A stretch of DNA of 64,000 nt. It comes from a virus (Duplodnaviria; Caudoviricetes). Positions 28,852 through 38,552 of this stretch are shown here, one piece after another (position 1 is the first letter of the stretch; the number at the start of each line of letters is the position of its first letter). Below the pieces are notes generated by a model. The model did no database searches. It saw nothing but the letters and a program-made list of their open reading frames with translations, and was not told the origin of the DNA. The stretch lies in IMG/VR virus record IMGVR_UViG_3300043394_000609. One strand, given 5' to 3'. Both the position numbers and the translations under genes were made by a program.

Positions 28852-29220
28852 TTATATTACATTAATAAATAATTTTTCTCTTATCGGTAATATTAATTTG
28901 TTTGATGGTGTTGAATTGATGTCCATAAATTGGATAATAATTTTACCCTCATATTTACCTATTTTTTTTGTATTATCTTCATTAAAACGGTACGTTATAT
29001 AATATTCATCAGTTGTTTGATTATATTTTTTAGTCCTTGTTGTTAACATACAAGTACCATTTAATATTTCAGGTTCACCCGTTTTAACGTCTAACATTTC
29101 GAATGTTATATCGGCATTACCCAATAGATCATTAAAGGATGACTTGTCGTTTTTACCGTCATCCACCATCCTCATTTTTAAAATAGGGTCCGTTGCACCT
29201 TGTCTGATGAAAAATTCCAT
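28852..29220 (-). CDS. Small beta-sandwich virion protein (BppU-N-like)
   Basis: FFIRQG..P.L, ADITFEM, YRF..D..IGKYEG and LILP..L.INVI pattern of BppU-like domains. Confidence 0.55.
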   Translation of the reverse strand: MEFFIRQGATDPILKMRMVDDGKNDKSSFNDLLGNADITFEMLDVKTGEPEILNGTCMLTTRTKKYNQTTDEYYITYRFNEDNTKKIGKYEGKIIIQFMDINSTPSNKLILPIREKLFINVI

Positions 29221-29462
29221 TACTTAATTGTTAAAATAAATTGGTTACCTGATTTAATCGGTGCTGTTTCACCTTCTTTCAATTCACTAGACATATAAAA
29301 GAATTGTTCTTTTACAATTTCGTGTGGAAATTTAATTTCTTCTTTAACCGCACTCTTAATGTTTTCAATTGTTAACGGTTCGTCAACATTGAATGTCTTA
29401 CGGTATCTTTTTATTTTTTCTTCGTTCTTAACGATTAAAACTTCTAAATTAAATGATTTCAT
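29220..29462 (-). CDS. Ubiquitin-like (beta-grasp) protein lacking the C-terminal GG
   Basis: Manual alignment to ubiquitin: [24 protein letters not shown] vs [37 protein letters not shown] vs [25 protein letters not shown] vs IQKESTLHLVLR. Confidence 0.65.
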   Translation of the reverse strand: [80 protein letters not shown]

Positions 29463-29498
29463 ATTCTATATTTTATATTTTTTTTTATTTCTTAATTA

Positions 29499-31580
29499 TT
29501 AATCGTCCCACCATATGTAATCGTTTATCATTGTTTCACCATCGTAATCATCCATTGTAACAGATGTTATTGTTTCATCACTAACTAAGAAAAACTCTTT
29601 TGTTCCTTGACCTTGGAATATAACCACGAATCTATCTTTTGCTGAATATATATCACTCCAATTATTGTATTGTGTGGTGTAAGTATTTAATAATGTTCCT
29701 GTAAAATCATATAAATTTATAGTGTAAACTCCACCATCTGATTCGTTATAAACCATCATAAACTTATCTTTACCGACTGATATGTGATTATAATAATATT
29801 CAGGAATTGTAATTTCCGAACTAATTCCACTATTTGTTAAAACTCTACAAGCTCCACCACCTTCAGACCATAAAACCATATTACTTGGGTCTAAGAATGT
29901 AGATGAGAAATAATCATTAGGGGTGTTAGTGTTGTCATAATAAGTTGTCGATGTAAATCCAGTACTTCCACTATAAACATAATGTGCTTGGTTAGTGGTG
30001 GACGAATCAGTATAACGTAAATACAATATATCACCAACAGTATTTGCATTGTATTGATAATTTGAATATAATATTGGCTCTAAACTATCAAGAATTGTTC
30101 CATCGACATCAATTAGATTAAAGAACATATCAATCCCGCTGTTTGTACTGTAAAATGCTAAAACTCTATCACCCATTGAGTAAATATTGATATCTGTTAC
30201 ACCTGAAACTGATTCGTTAAAATTCGTAATAGTTACACCGCTAGTTGTGATTGTTAATAAACCCAAAGTATTACCCGTTGTTTCACAAAATGTCTTAAAT
30301 GTGTTGCCAAGATAACCATTTGACGATACCGCTCTATTTGTGCCATTTGTTACAGAATAAGTAGTAAACCCAGTTTGATTATTCAACATATAAACATAAT
30401 CGAAGTAATCGCATACCGGACCAAAATTAACGTAACCAACTTCATTATATAAAGAAATAACCACACTACCATCTACGTTATCATCTGGCCAATAACTTTC
30501 GTCACCAAATAAGTTAATACCATCATAATTAGAACCCCTAACGTGAGTTGTTTCAGTTAAAGTTCCTGTTGTACCATTGTAATGGATTATTTTATAATCA
30601 ACAGCGGTATTGTCCCAATGGTAATAAACCGCACACATTCTATCTGTTCCAAGAAAACGACCTTCTTGACTGGCATATGTGTCTCCTGTAAGTGATATTG
30701 TCTCTAATATTTCACCATCGGTGTTATAAATTTCTAAACTTGTGTGAACATCATCAACTTGGTCTTTAGTCTCAACTGCTATAAAATCAATAAATGGGGT
30801 TATTAAATGGTTAATTTGTGTACCATCCGTCCAAGTTTTGAATGGAATAACCGTACCATCAGGTTTCATAATATATGATGCACCATCACCATTATATACC
30901 CACGACCCATTTTCATATTTTCTAACAATAAAAGAACCGTCACCCATTACCGAATTATAATCCCATTCAATGTCGATATAGTGTGTTTCTGGGTTCCAAG
31001 TGTAAGTATATAAATCAACTCCGTTAAAATATTTTAAGATACCATTATTGGCATCTTCAAATGTAATCCATTTACCTTCTAAACTATTAAAGTCATAACT
31101 ATTTGTTGTCCCACTATATTGACCAACGATGGCGTTTGATGCGTCTGTGAATATTACAAGATTTTCATCACTATTGTTTTGACCTGCAAAATGATAACCA
31201 TATCCTGAATCGGTTAATGGATAAAGGTTGTAATTATTCCAATAAGTTGAATCAACACCTAAATCAATAACTTCAGCGGTGAAATCGGTAAAGTTTAATG
31301 TTGCTGCACCATAGTTACTCGAAGTGGTCATTCTATTTGAATGAACGAATAATTGTGTTTCAACTACTGGTTCGTCAACCGTTAACGTATACGTGTAATC
31401 ATACTCAGCCAAATAGATGTTATAAACACCATATGGATGTGTTGTAATGTTATTAAAAGGGATTGTTTTAGTTCCAAGGTTTACCGTGGTACCTGATGTT
31501 GTCCCCGTATATGGTACAAACGTTACTGTTGCCGTCTTACCACTTAAGTTCTCACTTGTTATTCTTGCTCCTATTGCCAT
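29499..31580 (-). CDS. Beta-rich virion/tail-associated protein (possible beta-propeller)
   Basis: Thr/Tyr/Gly/Asn-rich 693 aa with repeated xDxxGxxL turn motifs; preceded by a late motif. Confidence 0.55.
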   Translation of the reverse strand: MAIGARITSENLSGKTATVTFVPYTGTTSGTTVNLGTKTIPFNNITTHPYGVYNIYLAEYDYTYTLTVDEPVVETQLFVHSNRMTTSSNYGAATLNFTDFTAEVIDLGVDSTYWNNYNLYPLTDSGYGYHFAGQNNSDENLVIFTDASNAIVGQYSGTTNSYDFNSLEGKWITFEDANNGILKYFNGVDLYTYTWNPETHYIDIEWDYNSVMGDGSFIVRKYENGSWVYNGDGASYIMKPDGTVIPFKTWTDGTQINHLITPFIDFIAVETKDQVDDVHTSLEIYNTDGEILETISLTGDTYASQEGRFLGTDRMCAVYYHWDNTAVDYKIIHYNGTTGTLTETTHVRGSNYDGINLFGDESYWPDDNVDGSVVISLYNEVGYVNFGPVCDYFDYVYMLNNQTGFTTYSVTNGTNRAVSSNGYLGNTFKTFCETTGNTLGLLTITTSGVTITNFNESVSGVTDINIYSMGDRVLAFYSTNSGIDMFFNLIDVDGTILDSLEPILYSNYQYNANTVGDILYLRYTDSSTTNQAHYVYSGSTGFTSTTYYDNTNTPNDYFSSTFLDPSNMVLWSEGGGACRVLTNSGISSEITIPEYYYNHISVGKDKFMMVYNESDGGVYTINLYDFTGTLLNTYTTQYNNWSDIYSAKDRFVVIFQGQGTKEFFLVSDETITSVTMDDYDGETMINDYIWWDD

Positions 31581-31599
31581 TGTTTAATATTTTGTCTAT

Positions 31600-31607
31600 T
31601 ATAAATA
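31600..31607 (-). promoter_or_regulatory. Putative late promoter TATTTATA
   Basis: Upstream of the 31580 ATG; would drive the 29499, 29220 and 28852 ORFs. Confidence 0.65.
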
Positions 31608-31649
31608 CTTTATTTTATTGTATCTTTTATTATTTGTTATTTTTTATTT

Positions 31650-34600
31650 TTAAGAACCAATTTGTAATGTTATTAAACCTGAGTTAATACCAGAACCCCA
31701 ACTATATGTGTATGTTCCGGGAGTTAATCCCATACTTGATAGTGTTTTATTTGCAAATGTGGACGTGTTATTTAATTGGTTACCTGAAACATAACCAACA
31801 GGCACAACAATCGATTTGTCGGTGACAGTCCCAGGGAGTATACCAACATAATTACCTGATGTTGATGTTGGACTACCACCTATAGTACCAAAACTGGTTG
31901 GGTACGAATTGAAAGTCACATCGTACTTTGTAGTTGCCGTTGGTGATAATGAACCCATTCCCCATAACCCTAAACTTCCATTATAACCGGCAGTATTATT
32001 GGTGTTACCTTTATCTGTTAAAGATGTTGTGTTAATTGTTCCTGAACCTGTCCAAATAACATCGGATCCCGATTCAACAATTGTCATAGTAAAAATAGAT
32101 GACGGTGTTGGTGTCGGTGTGGCAGTACTAGTAGGCGTAGCTGTAGGTGTTGCCGTTGGTTGGGCAAATATCGCTTGTAACGTTGCTGTGCTACCTGTAA
32201 CATATACTACCGTGAAAGATGTCGCTGCCGCAGGTAAATTAATACCGGTTCCTGACCAATATAAGAAATTACCACTACTATCATCTACACTAATTGTGTA
32301 TTGTTGATTTTTAGTTACCCCATATGTGGTATTTGTTGTAAACGTCTCACCATCAAAAACAATATATGGAGTTCCAGACGGTACTAAAATATCTAACACC
32401 GCACCTTCAGGTATTGGGGTCGGAGTTGGGGTAATTGTTGTCGTTGGTGTAGGAGTTGGTGTAACGCAACTAATATTTACGGACTTTGCAATTATATTAC
32501 TCGGATTATTCAAATCTCTTACGGCTGCCCAATACGTTCCGTCTGCATCTGTTTGAGTACCAACATTATTCCAAGAATTTGCAACGGTATACCATAGCCC
32601 CGCATTTAATGCCTCGTTTTCACTTCCAAATACATTTGCGGTATACTCCCATTGACCGCTTCCACCTGAGAAGTTGGTTATATTAGTACCTTGTGGGCCA
32701 CATTCTGCTGTAAATGTAAAATCTAATGGTGACTGTGTTGATGTTGGGGTAATTGTTGGTGTATATGTTGGCGTGATCGTTGGTGTTGGCGTTTGGGTAG
32801 GACAAATCCAAGTACTTACTGAATTGTTGTAATTCTGTGAAACATCTGAAGATGAAATTGCTCCGTCCCATATTTCTAATCTGCCGAATTTTAATGCTGA
32901 ATATGTACCATCACCCAAATTGGTACTATCTTCAGCGCCTATTGCATAATATAAACCAAGGTCGTGGTTATACGGTGTGTCTCTTGTTACATTTACAGAA
33001 CCAGCACTTTGACCATTTACATATGCGGTTAAAGTTGTTCCACTCTGTATAAAACCAATGTAATACCAATTATTAAGTGGTGTTGATATTGATGATGTTA
33101 TAGTATCACCATAAGGCCAAACACTAAATCTCAACGACCCACTAACCATTTCAATTTGTGTGTCGTGCCAACTTGTGTTCAAATCGTTAACACCTTGTTC
33201 ACTTAATATTACACCATTATCTGTTAAATAAACCCAAAGGAATACAGATGTGTCCGCAGAATCATAAAATGAATCGATTGAACTATTTGTTATGATGTAT
33301 TGGTTAATACCATTTAATGTTATATACGATGTACACCCATCATTTTGATATGACGGTCCACCAACTATATTTCCGGTTGTACCAGATAAAAGATCCTGAA
33401 TTGTTGTACCCGTTCCGCTATATTGACTTGAATTATTTACATTCAAATCAACAATTTTGTTATATGGTATCATTGTTGGAGTCGGAGTGGGTGTTGGGGT
33501 ACTTGTAGATGTAGGTGTTGGGGTTGGTGTTTCCGTTGGGGTTAGTGTTGGTGTTTCAGTTGGCGTTGGTGTTGGTGTTACCTCATTAATAGTTGTATTA
33601 TATATGTATTCAAAACCGATAGGAATTGAATAATTGATATAATTCAGTACTTTAACAACACTAGGTCCCATAAATCCGGCTAATGATATTGCTGGGTATA
33701 TATCTACCTCACTATATGCGATACCACCACTACCACTTAATGGGTTAGCACCAATATTATTCCACTCACCATTATTCACTCTGTAATAGAATTGGGTTCC
33801 ACAATCAATTAAAACGTCAATTACATCCCCTACATTACCAAAAGTTGGGTAACCATCAGATATCATTTGCCCACCATAATAAAGTTCACCTAAATTGGTA
33901 AATCCAATACTATTTTGGTCACTTCCTAATGCATTTTCAAAATCTGTGTCAATATTACCAAACCCAATCAAATAATTCGGGTCGGAAGGTTCCAAATCAG
34001 TATCAATAATTAAACTAAACATTAGTTTTTCCCCTGACGTGATTAACCTCTTGCCAAATCCTGTATAAACCCCGGGAGCGTACCAATTGGATATCGTCCC
34101 TTGGTCAATAACCCCTTCATAACTCTCAAAATAATCGGGGTATATGAATAATAATTGACTCTTATTTACTGATGACCACCAAGACTGATTGTTGTTTTCA
34201 GGTCTCAGTATCGAATATGTTAAATCATTATTTGGTATTAACGTATAACTTAAATCTGTATTTGGTATTAATGTATAGTTAACGTCATTAATTGGTATTT
34301 CAATTGGGTTTAAATCGTTGTCAGGTAATAACATGTAATTCAACCCCCCATCAGGTACCAATTTGAATAACAGATCATTTTCAGGAATTAAGTCATATGT
34401 TAAATCATTTAATGGAATTAAAGTATATGTTAAATCATTATTTGGAATTAAAATATCTAATAAATCATTATTTGGTATTATAACATAAATTAAATCATTT
34501 TCAGGTATAGATGTTACTTCAGTTGGTGTTAACGTAGGTGTAGGCGTTGGCGTTACAGTTTCAGTTAACGTAGGTGTTAATGTAAATGTTAGTGTTGGTG

Positions 34601-34745
34601 TTACGGTAGGCGTTACAGTTTGAGTTAATGTTGGTGTCGATGTTACTGTTACAGTAGGCGTCAATGTTGGTATTCCGCTTAACTTTAATTTGTAAATTTT
34701 ACCAATTGGCCTAAATTTATTTGAAAATGAATTTATAAATCCCAT
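31650..34745 (-). CDS. Multidomain fibre/adhesin-like protein with SPRY-like and LamG/ConA-like domains and PT-rich linkers
   Basis: LGSDQNSIGF..GDVIDVLID..IYPAISL (SPRY-like); LNGINQYI..WYYIGF..AYVNG..IWDGAIS (LamG-like); five (TP)n tracts. Confidence 0.7.
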   Translation of the reverse strand: MGFINSFSNKFRPIGKIYKLKLSGIPTLTPTVTVTSTPTLTQTVTPTVTPTLTFTLTPTLTETVTPTPTPTLTPTEVTSIPENDLIYVIIPNNDLLDILIPNNDLTYTLIPLNDLTYDLIPENDLLFKLVPDGGLNYMLLPDNDLNPIEIPINDVNYTLIPNTDLSYTLIPNNDLTYSILRPENNNQSWWSSVNKSQLLFIYPDYFESYEGVIDQGTISNWYAPGVYTGFGKRLITSGEKLMFSLIIDTDLEPSDPNYLIGFGNIDTDFENALGSDQNSIGFTNLGELYYGGQMISDGYPTFGNVGDVIDVLIDCGTQFYYRVNNGEWNNIGANPLSGSGGIAYSEVDIYPAISLAGFMGPSVVKVLNYINYSIPIGFEYIYNTTINEVTPTPTPTETPTLTPTETPTPTPTSTSTPTPTPTPTMIPYNKIVDLNVNNSSQYSGTGTTIQDLLSGTTGNIVGGPSYQNDGCTSYITLNGINQYIITNSSIDSFYDSADTSVFLWVYLTDNGVILSEQGVNDLNTSWHDTQIEMVSGSLRFSVWPYGDTITSSISTPLNNWYYIGFIQSGTTLTAYVNGQSAGSVNVTRDTPYNHDLGLYYAIGAEDSTNLGDGTYSALKFGRLEIWDGAISSSDVSQNYNNSVSTWICPTQTPTPTITPTYTPTITPTSTQSPLDFTFTAECGPQGTNITNFSGGSGQWEYTANVFGSENEALNAGLWYTVANSWNNVGTQTDADGTYWAAVRDLNNPSNIIAKSVNISCVTPTPTPTTTITPTPTPIPEGAVLDILVPSGTPYIVFDGETFTTNTTYGVTKNQQYTISVDDSSGNFLYWSGTGINLPAAATSFTVVYVTGSTATLQAIFAQPTATPTATPTSTATPTPTPSSIFTMTIVESGSDVIWTGSGTINTTSLTDKGNTNNTAGYNGSLGLWGMGSLSPTATTKYDVTFNSYPTSFGTIGGSPTSTSGNYVGILPGTVTDKSIVVPVGYVSGNQLNNTSTFANKTLSSMGLTPGTYTYSWGSGINSGLITLQIGS
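33474..33580 (-). repeat. Pro/Thr low-complexity linker (one of five in this gene)
   Basis: TPTPTPTETPTLTPTETPTPTPTSTSTPTPTPTPT; similar tracts near 34518-34673, 32735-32800, 32415-32465 and 32105-32160. Confidence 0.85.
34209..34508 (-). repeat. Ten tandem 30-bp coding repeats (IPxNDLxYxL)
   Basis: Visible in both the protein and the DNA (TAAATCATTATTTGG recurs). Confidence 0.85.
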
Positions 34746-34748
34746 GTG

Positions 34749-35786
34749 TTATCCAAATGTTGAGTATTGACCCAATAAAGTCCAGGATCCATTTAATCTT
34801 ATTAAATTTATACCAAAAATATCTATTTTATTTTCAGACCCAATAGGTAATTCACCATTTGCCCAATTCACTAGTTGTGTATCGCCGTTAATTTTTATTT
34901 CTGTTGGGATATATGCAACATTACCTTGATTTAATATAATTGTAATCCCTAATCCCTTATTATTGTCTGTTGGAACATTAATAAAATTAACTATAAAATC
35001 ACTAGTCATTCCACTATGGTAAAAAATACTACCATCCGTAAAATCATGTTCAACAGTATCTGTTGCTCCCTCAATATATAATATATCTTCAATCGTTGAT
35101 CTTAAACTAAGATTACCATCTAATTTAGTACTTCCGCTAAATTCAAATTGAAAATTTTGAGAAACGGTTTCAGTATTAAACCCAATTTGTTTTGAACCAC
35201 TAATCATAATTTGTGGATGTCTCCAATTATTTTGTGCGAATAAATATAGATTTGACGGGTGGTTTAACCCACCAATAGTTCCAACATATAAATCATTACC
35301 CGCATTTACAACATAACCATCATTTTCTCTACCAATATAATTTCCAGTATATGTTGATGAGTTTATACCGAGATCAACATAATGAACAGTATCTGTTCCA
35401 TTATCTGCGGTAACAACAATATCCGTACTTGCTCTATTTCCGGAATTATTATTCTTTACATTTATTTGTGTGTATTGTGGATGATTACCTTGAAAATAAC
35501 CAATATTAAAACTACCGCTATTTTCAACATGTAAAGCTTCTGGGTTAGTTTGAAAAAATGATCCAGTACCAACAAGTAAAGAATTAAAATATCCTGAACC
35601 ACTTACTGTTAAATCACCATATATCCACTGACTACCAGTAAAATGATGTGACCCACTATCGACTAATGTTTGTCTTAAAGTACTTAAACTTGATTTTAAA
35701 GTAACCCCATTATCAACTAAAGGTACTACCGCATTTAAACTTGGTGCTATCGAACTGGATAGCGCAGATATTTTTTTACTTGCCAT
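34749..35786 (-). CDS. Tail fibre-like protein
   Basis: N-terminal KKISAL; GDLTVSGS beta-helical segments; C-terminal ITIILNQG..VNWANG..P..IDIF domain seen in phage fibres. Confidence 0.6.
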   Translation of the reverse strand: MASKKISALSSSIAPSLNAVVPLVDNGVTLKSSLSTLRQTLVDSGSHHFTGSQWIYGDLTVSGSGYFNSLLVGTGSFFQTNPEALHVENSGSFNIGYFQGNHPQYTQINVKNNNSGNRASTDIVVTADNGTDTVHYVDLGINSSTYTGNYIGRENDGYVVNAGNDLYVGTIGGLNHPSNLYLFAQNNWRHPQIMISGSKQIGFNTETVSQNFQFEFSGSTKLDGNLSLRSTIEDILYIEGATDTVEHDFTDGSIFYHSGMTSDFIVNFINVPTDNNKGLGITIILNQGNVAYIPTEIKINGDTQLVNWANGELPIGSENKIDIFGINLIRLNGSWTLLGQYSTFG

Positions 35787-35789
35787 TTT

Positions 35790-35797
35790 TATAAATA
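35790..35797 (-). promoter_or_regulatory. Putative late promoter TATTTATA
   Basis: 3 nt upstream of the ATG at 35786. Confidence 0.65.
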
Positions 35798-35799
35798 GT

Positions 35800-37269
35800 T
35801 TAATAAATTATGATGTCGCCATTTTCGGCTTTTATATATTCCCCATCTTCAGTTAAAAGACCGTTAAGGATAAAAATATCCAATTCGTCTAAACATTGTT
35901 CCCCACAAATTTCAAAATCGTATGTTTCTAATCTTGTTAAAAAATTGTGTTTAACCATAACCATATTAAATGGTTCTTCATAATATTTGATTGATTTAAT
36001 GTTAAACTCACAAATACCAGCATGATAATCATTCATTAAACCAGTACCACCGCCCCACGATTGTATAAAAGGTTGTGTGCCTCTTGATGATGGTATTACT
36101 TCTTCCCAATTTTTTAATTTGTAAATCAAATGTCCATTTAGATATATCTTTAAATCACCTAAACGGAAATATTCTTCATTTTCCCAATTTTTATTTAATT
36201 TTTCGGTGTAATCGTATGTTTCGGTTTCTCCAGATAATATAACATTAAATGAATTGGTAATTAAATAGCCAGATGTTATCTGGGTTGATGTTACAGCGCT
36301 AACTGACAAATCAGTATATTCAATTGCATGAGGCCCTTGAATTAAATCATTTTTACCCCCTTTATTATCAATACCACAATTATCATAATAATTGTAACGA
36401 TCAAATACAATGGTAACATTAAAGTCTTTAGTATCACCAGTGGTACAAAGTATTTCTGTTTGACCAGTTTCTCTATAATATGTCTCAGTATACCCACTTG
36501 TAGAATCACATGCTCCGGAATATCTAATTGCCGTCCATTCGATTCTACCATCTTCGGTAAAACCAAATGACAAGTTATTATCGGCATAATCTTCGGGGTC
36601 ATCATCTCCCCTAACCCCGTAATAATAAAATTTACCCCCTGATGACCAAGGTAATGATTCTCGACTAAAAATAAAATCTAATGTCCATCCCTTCTCGGTT
36701 CTCCTTCTAATAATTTCTTTTGAATTATCGTCACCAAATCCAGTATCGGTTTTATAAGCCCAAGGCTTATTATTTAGACTATTTGCTTGTGAACAATATA
36801 TTAAATCAGGATTTAATTTCTCTTTACAATCAATAACATTATTAGTAAACCCAGTAAAATCATTATTTATTTCTTCATTAAATGAACATATTTCAAAATA
36901 ATGTACTTCATCTGTTATACCAGTATATGTAAAAACATTATTATTTAATATTATATTTTCAAACCCAGATTCAAACGCATCAATAAACCCATTATAATCG
37001 ACAATATATGTTAAACCAGAAAAAATATATTCCGAATCATTATCTGTATTATCTATCTCACATAAGCTTATTGTTGATCTTTCAGACGTAAAATTTAATA
37101 AATCCCCATTAATTGTTAATCCAGTGTAATTTAATTCACTAGATAAATCTAATAAATTGGTGTCATAATCCCCTTCCGTTTTAGCTATTTCAAAGTCATA
37201 AAACTCAGAATTATCTAATTTAAGATCCAATTTACTACCGTAAAACTTTAAAATATTTTGGTTTGCCAT
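35800..37269 (-). CDS. Virion protein with a ConA/LamG-like beta-sandwich
   Basis: GWTLDFIF, VTIVFDR, LKIYLNG and IKYYEEP motifs; start placed at ATG 37269 (MANQ), 5 nt from the late motif. Confidence 0.55.
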   Translation of the reverse strand: MANQNILKFYGSKLDLKLDNSEFYDFEIAKTEGDYDTNLLDLSSELNYTGLTINGDLLNFTSERSTISLCEIDNTDNDSEYIFSGLTYIVDYNGFIDAFESGFENIILNNNVFTYTGITDEVHYFEICSFNEEINNDFTGFTNNVIDCKEKLNPDLIYCSQANSLNNKPWAYKTDTGFGDDNSKEIIRRRTEKGWTLDFIFSRESLPWSSGGKFYYYGVRGDDDPEDYADNNLSFGFTEDGRIEWTAIRYSGACDSTSGYTETYYRETGQTEILCTTGDTKDFNVTIVFDRYNYYDNCGIDNKGGKNDLIQGPHAIEYTDLSVSAVTSTQITSGYLITNSFNVILSGETETYDYTEKLNKNWENEEYFRLGDLKIYLNGHLIYKLKNWEEVIPSSRGTQPFIQSWGGGTGLMNDYHAGICEFNIKSIKYYEEPFNMVMVKHNFLTRLETYDFEICGEQCLDELDIFILNGLLTEDGEYIKAENGDIIIY

Positions 37270-37271
37270 CG

Positions 37272-37310
37272 TTATATAAATATCTTTCATAAGATTTGAT
37301 ATTTATATAA
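37272..37310. promoter_or_regulatory. Back-to-back late promoters forming a 13-bp perfect inverted repeat
   Basis: TTATATAAATATC-N13-GATATTTATATAA at the strand switch. Confidence 0.7.
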
Positions 37311-37323
37311 AAAGTGTATTTCT

Positions 37324-38061
37324 ATGAATAATTTTATAAAACAGGTAATTGAAGAGAAATTTGCGTCAAAAGCACAACAAAGATTCTTTTATGCTAAAGC
37401 AAATGAAAAGGGCGCGCCTAAGAAAGAAAAGAAAAAATGGTCTAAATGGGCTAATGAATTTTCAGATAAAACTGATTATAAAAAAATTCCAGACAAAGTG
37501 GAAGAGGCTGATCTTGAAGAGATTGTAGACGAAAAAGGTAATATTAAACGAGGTGATACCCCAGTGGACGTAAATACCGAGTTTACTACATCTAAAAAAG
37601 ATTCTGATGCAGCTGCCGCTGGTGGACATGGTGCTATGGGGTCAATCCCTGGTACAAGTACCGCGCAAAAAACATTAAGATATTGGGCTGAATCTGATAA
37701 TTCTAATCTTTTAGGTGCAGAAACAATGGAAAAAGACATGACCTATACTCAAGCGTTAAATCATTTTACTAAAAAATTAGGGTTATCTAAAGAAGAAGCT
37801 GTTGAAAAATTAAAACAATTAGGTTACATTCCTGGTCAAGAAGAAATTGTTCGTTTAGTTGAAAACCCTAAACAATATATGTCTGATTATATTGAAAGTG
37901 TTTTAGTTAAAAAATCAACTGATGAAGATGTTATTTCAAAAGACAATGAAACAACAGAAATAAACCCATTAGTGTTAAAACAAATTGAATCATTACTTAA
38001 AAGTGCAAAAACAAATAATATTCCATTAGAAAAAATCATTAATAAATTAAAAAGTGAATAG
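37324..38061 (+). CDS. Hypothetical late protein (probably head-internal)
   Basis: VIEEKFASKAQQRFFYA motif; follows the late motif. Confidence 0.7.
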   Translation: MNNFIKQVIEEKFASKAQQRFFYAKANEKGAPKKEKKKWSKWANEFSDKTDYKKIPDKVEEADLEEIVDEKGNIKRGDTPVDVNTEFTTSKKDSDAAAAGGHGAMGSIPGTSTAQKTLRYWAESDNSNLLGAETMEKDMTYTQALNHFTKKLGLSKEEAVEKLKQLGYIPGQEEIVRLVENPKQYMSDYIESVLVKKSTDEDVISKDNETTEINPLVLKQIESLLKSAKTNNIPLEKIINKLKSE

Positions 38062-38551
38062 TCAATTAAAAGATAACGTATATGATGTACCAGCAGATGT
38101 TATTCAAAAGATATCTGTTACTGTCGCGAATTTAAAACAAAATGATGTTCATGGTATTCAACGTGCAAAAAACATACTTAAAACCAAAAAAGTCACATAT
38201 GGTCAATTAAAAAGAATCATTCACGATTTAAAAACAATTGATAAGGTAAATGACAAAATCAGGTATGATCTTTATGGTGGTGAATTAATGGAGAAATGGG
38301 CTAATACTTTTTTAGATGGGGAGAGAACCCAATTAAACAATAAAAAGACCGCAAGTAAAAATATAAACAATTTAACCGGGATGAATAATTTTAGAAAAAA
38401 CCAATTCATCAAGAAGCATGAAAAAAAGGAGACAACTAAAAATCCGGTTAACATGTTAAAACATAATTCAGAAAAAACATCTGTTTCAGCTATTTCATCC
38501 GTTGGGTTATTTGAAGAAGTTGAAAGAATGAAAAAAATCATTAATTATTAA
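38054..38551 (+). CDS. Basic hypothetical protein
   Basis: GTG start overlapping the previous stop; GIQRA..LYGG..WA core; C-terminal LFEEVERMKKII. Confidence 0.7.
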   Translation: MNSQLKDNVYDVPADVIQKISVTVANLKQNDVHGIQRAKNILKTKKVTYGQLKRIIHDLKTIDKVNDKIRYDLYGGELMEKWANTFLDGERTQLNNKKTASKNINNLTGMNNFRKNQFIKKHEKKETTKNPVNMLKHNSEKTSVSAISSVGLFEEVERMKKIINY

Positions 38552-38552
38552 T

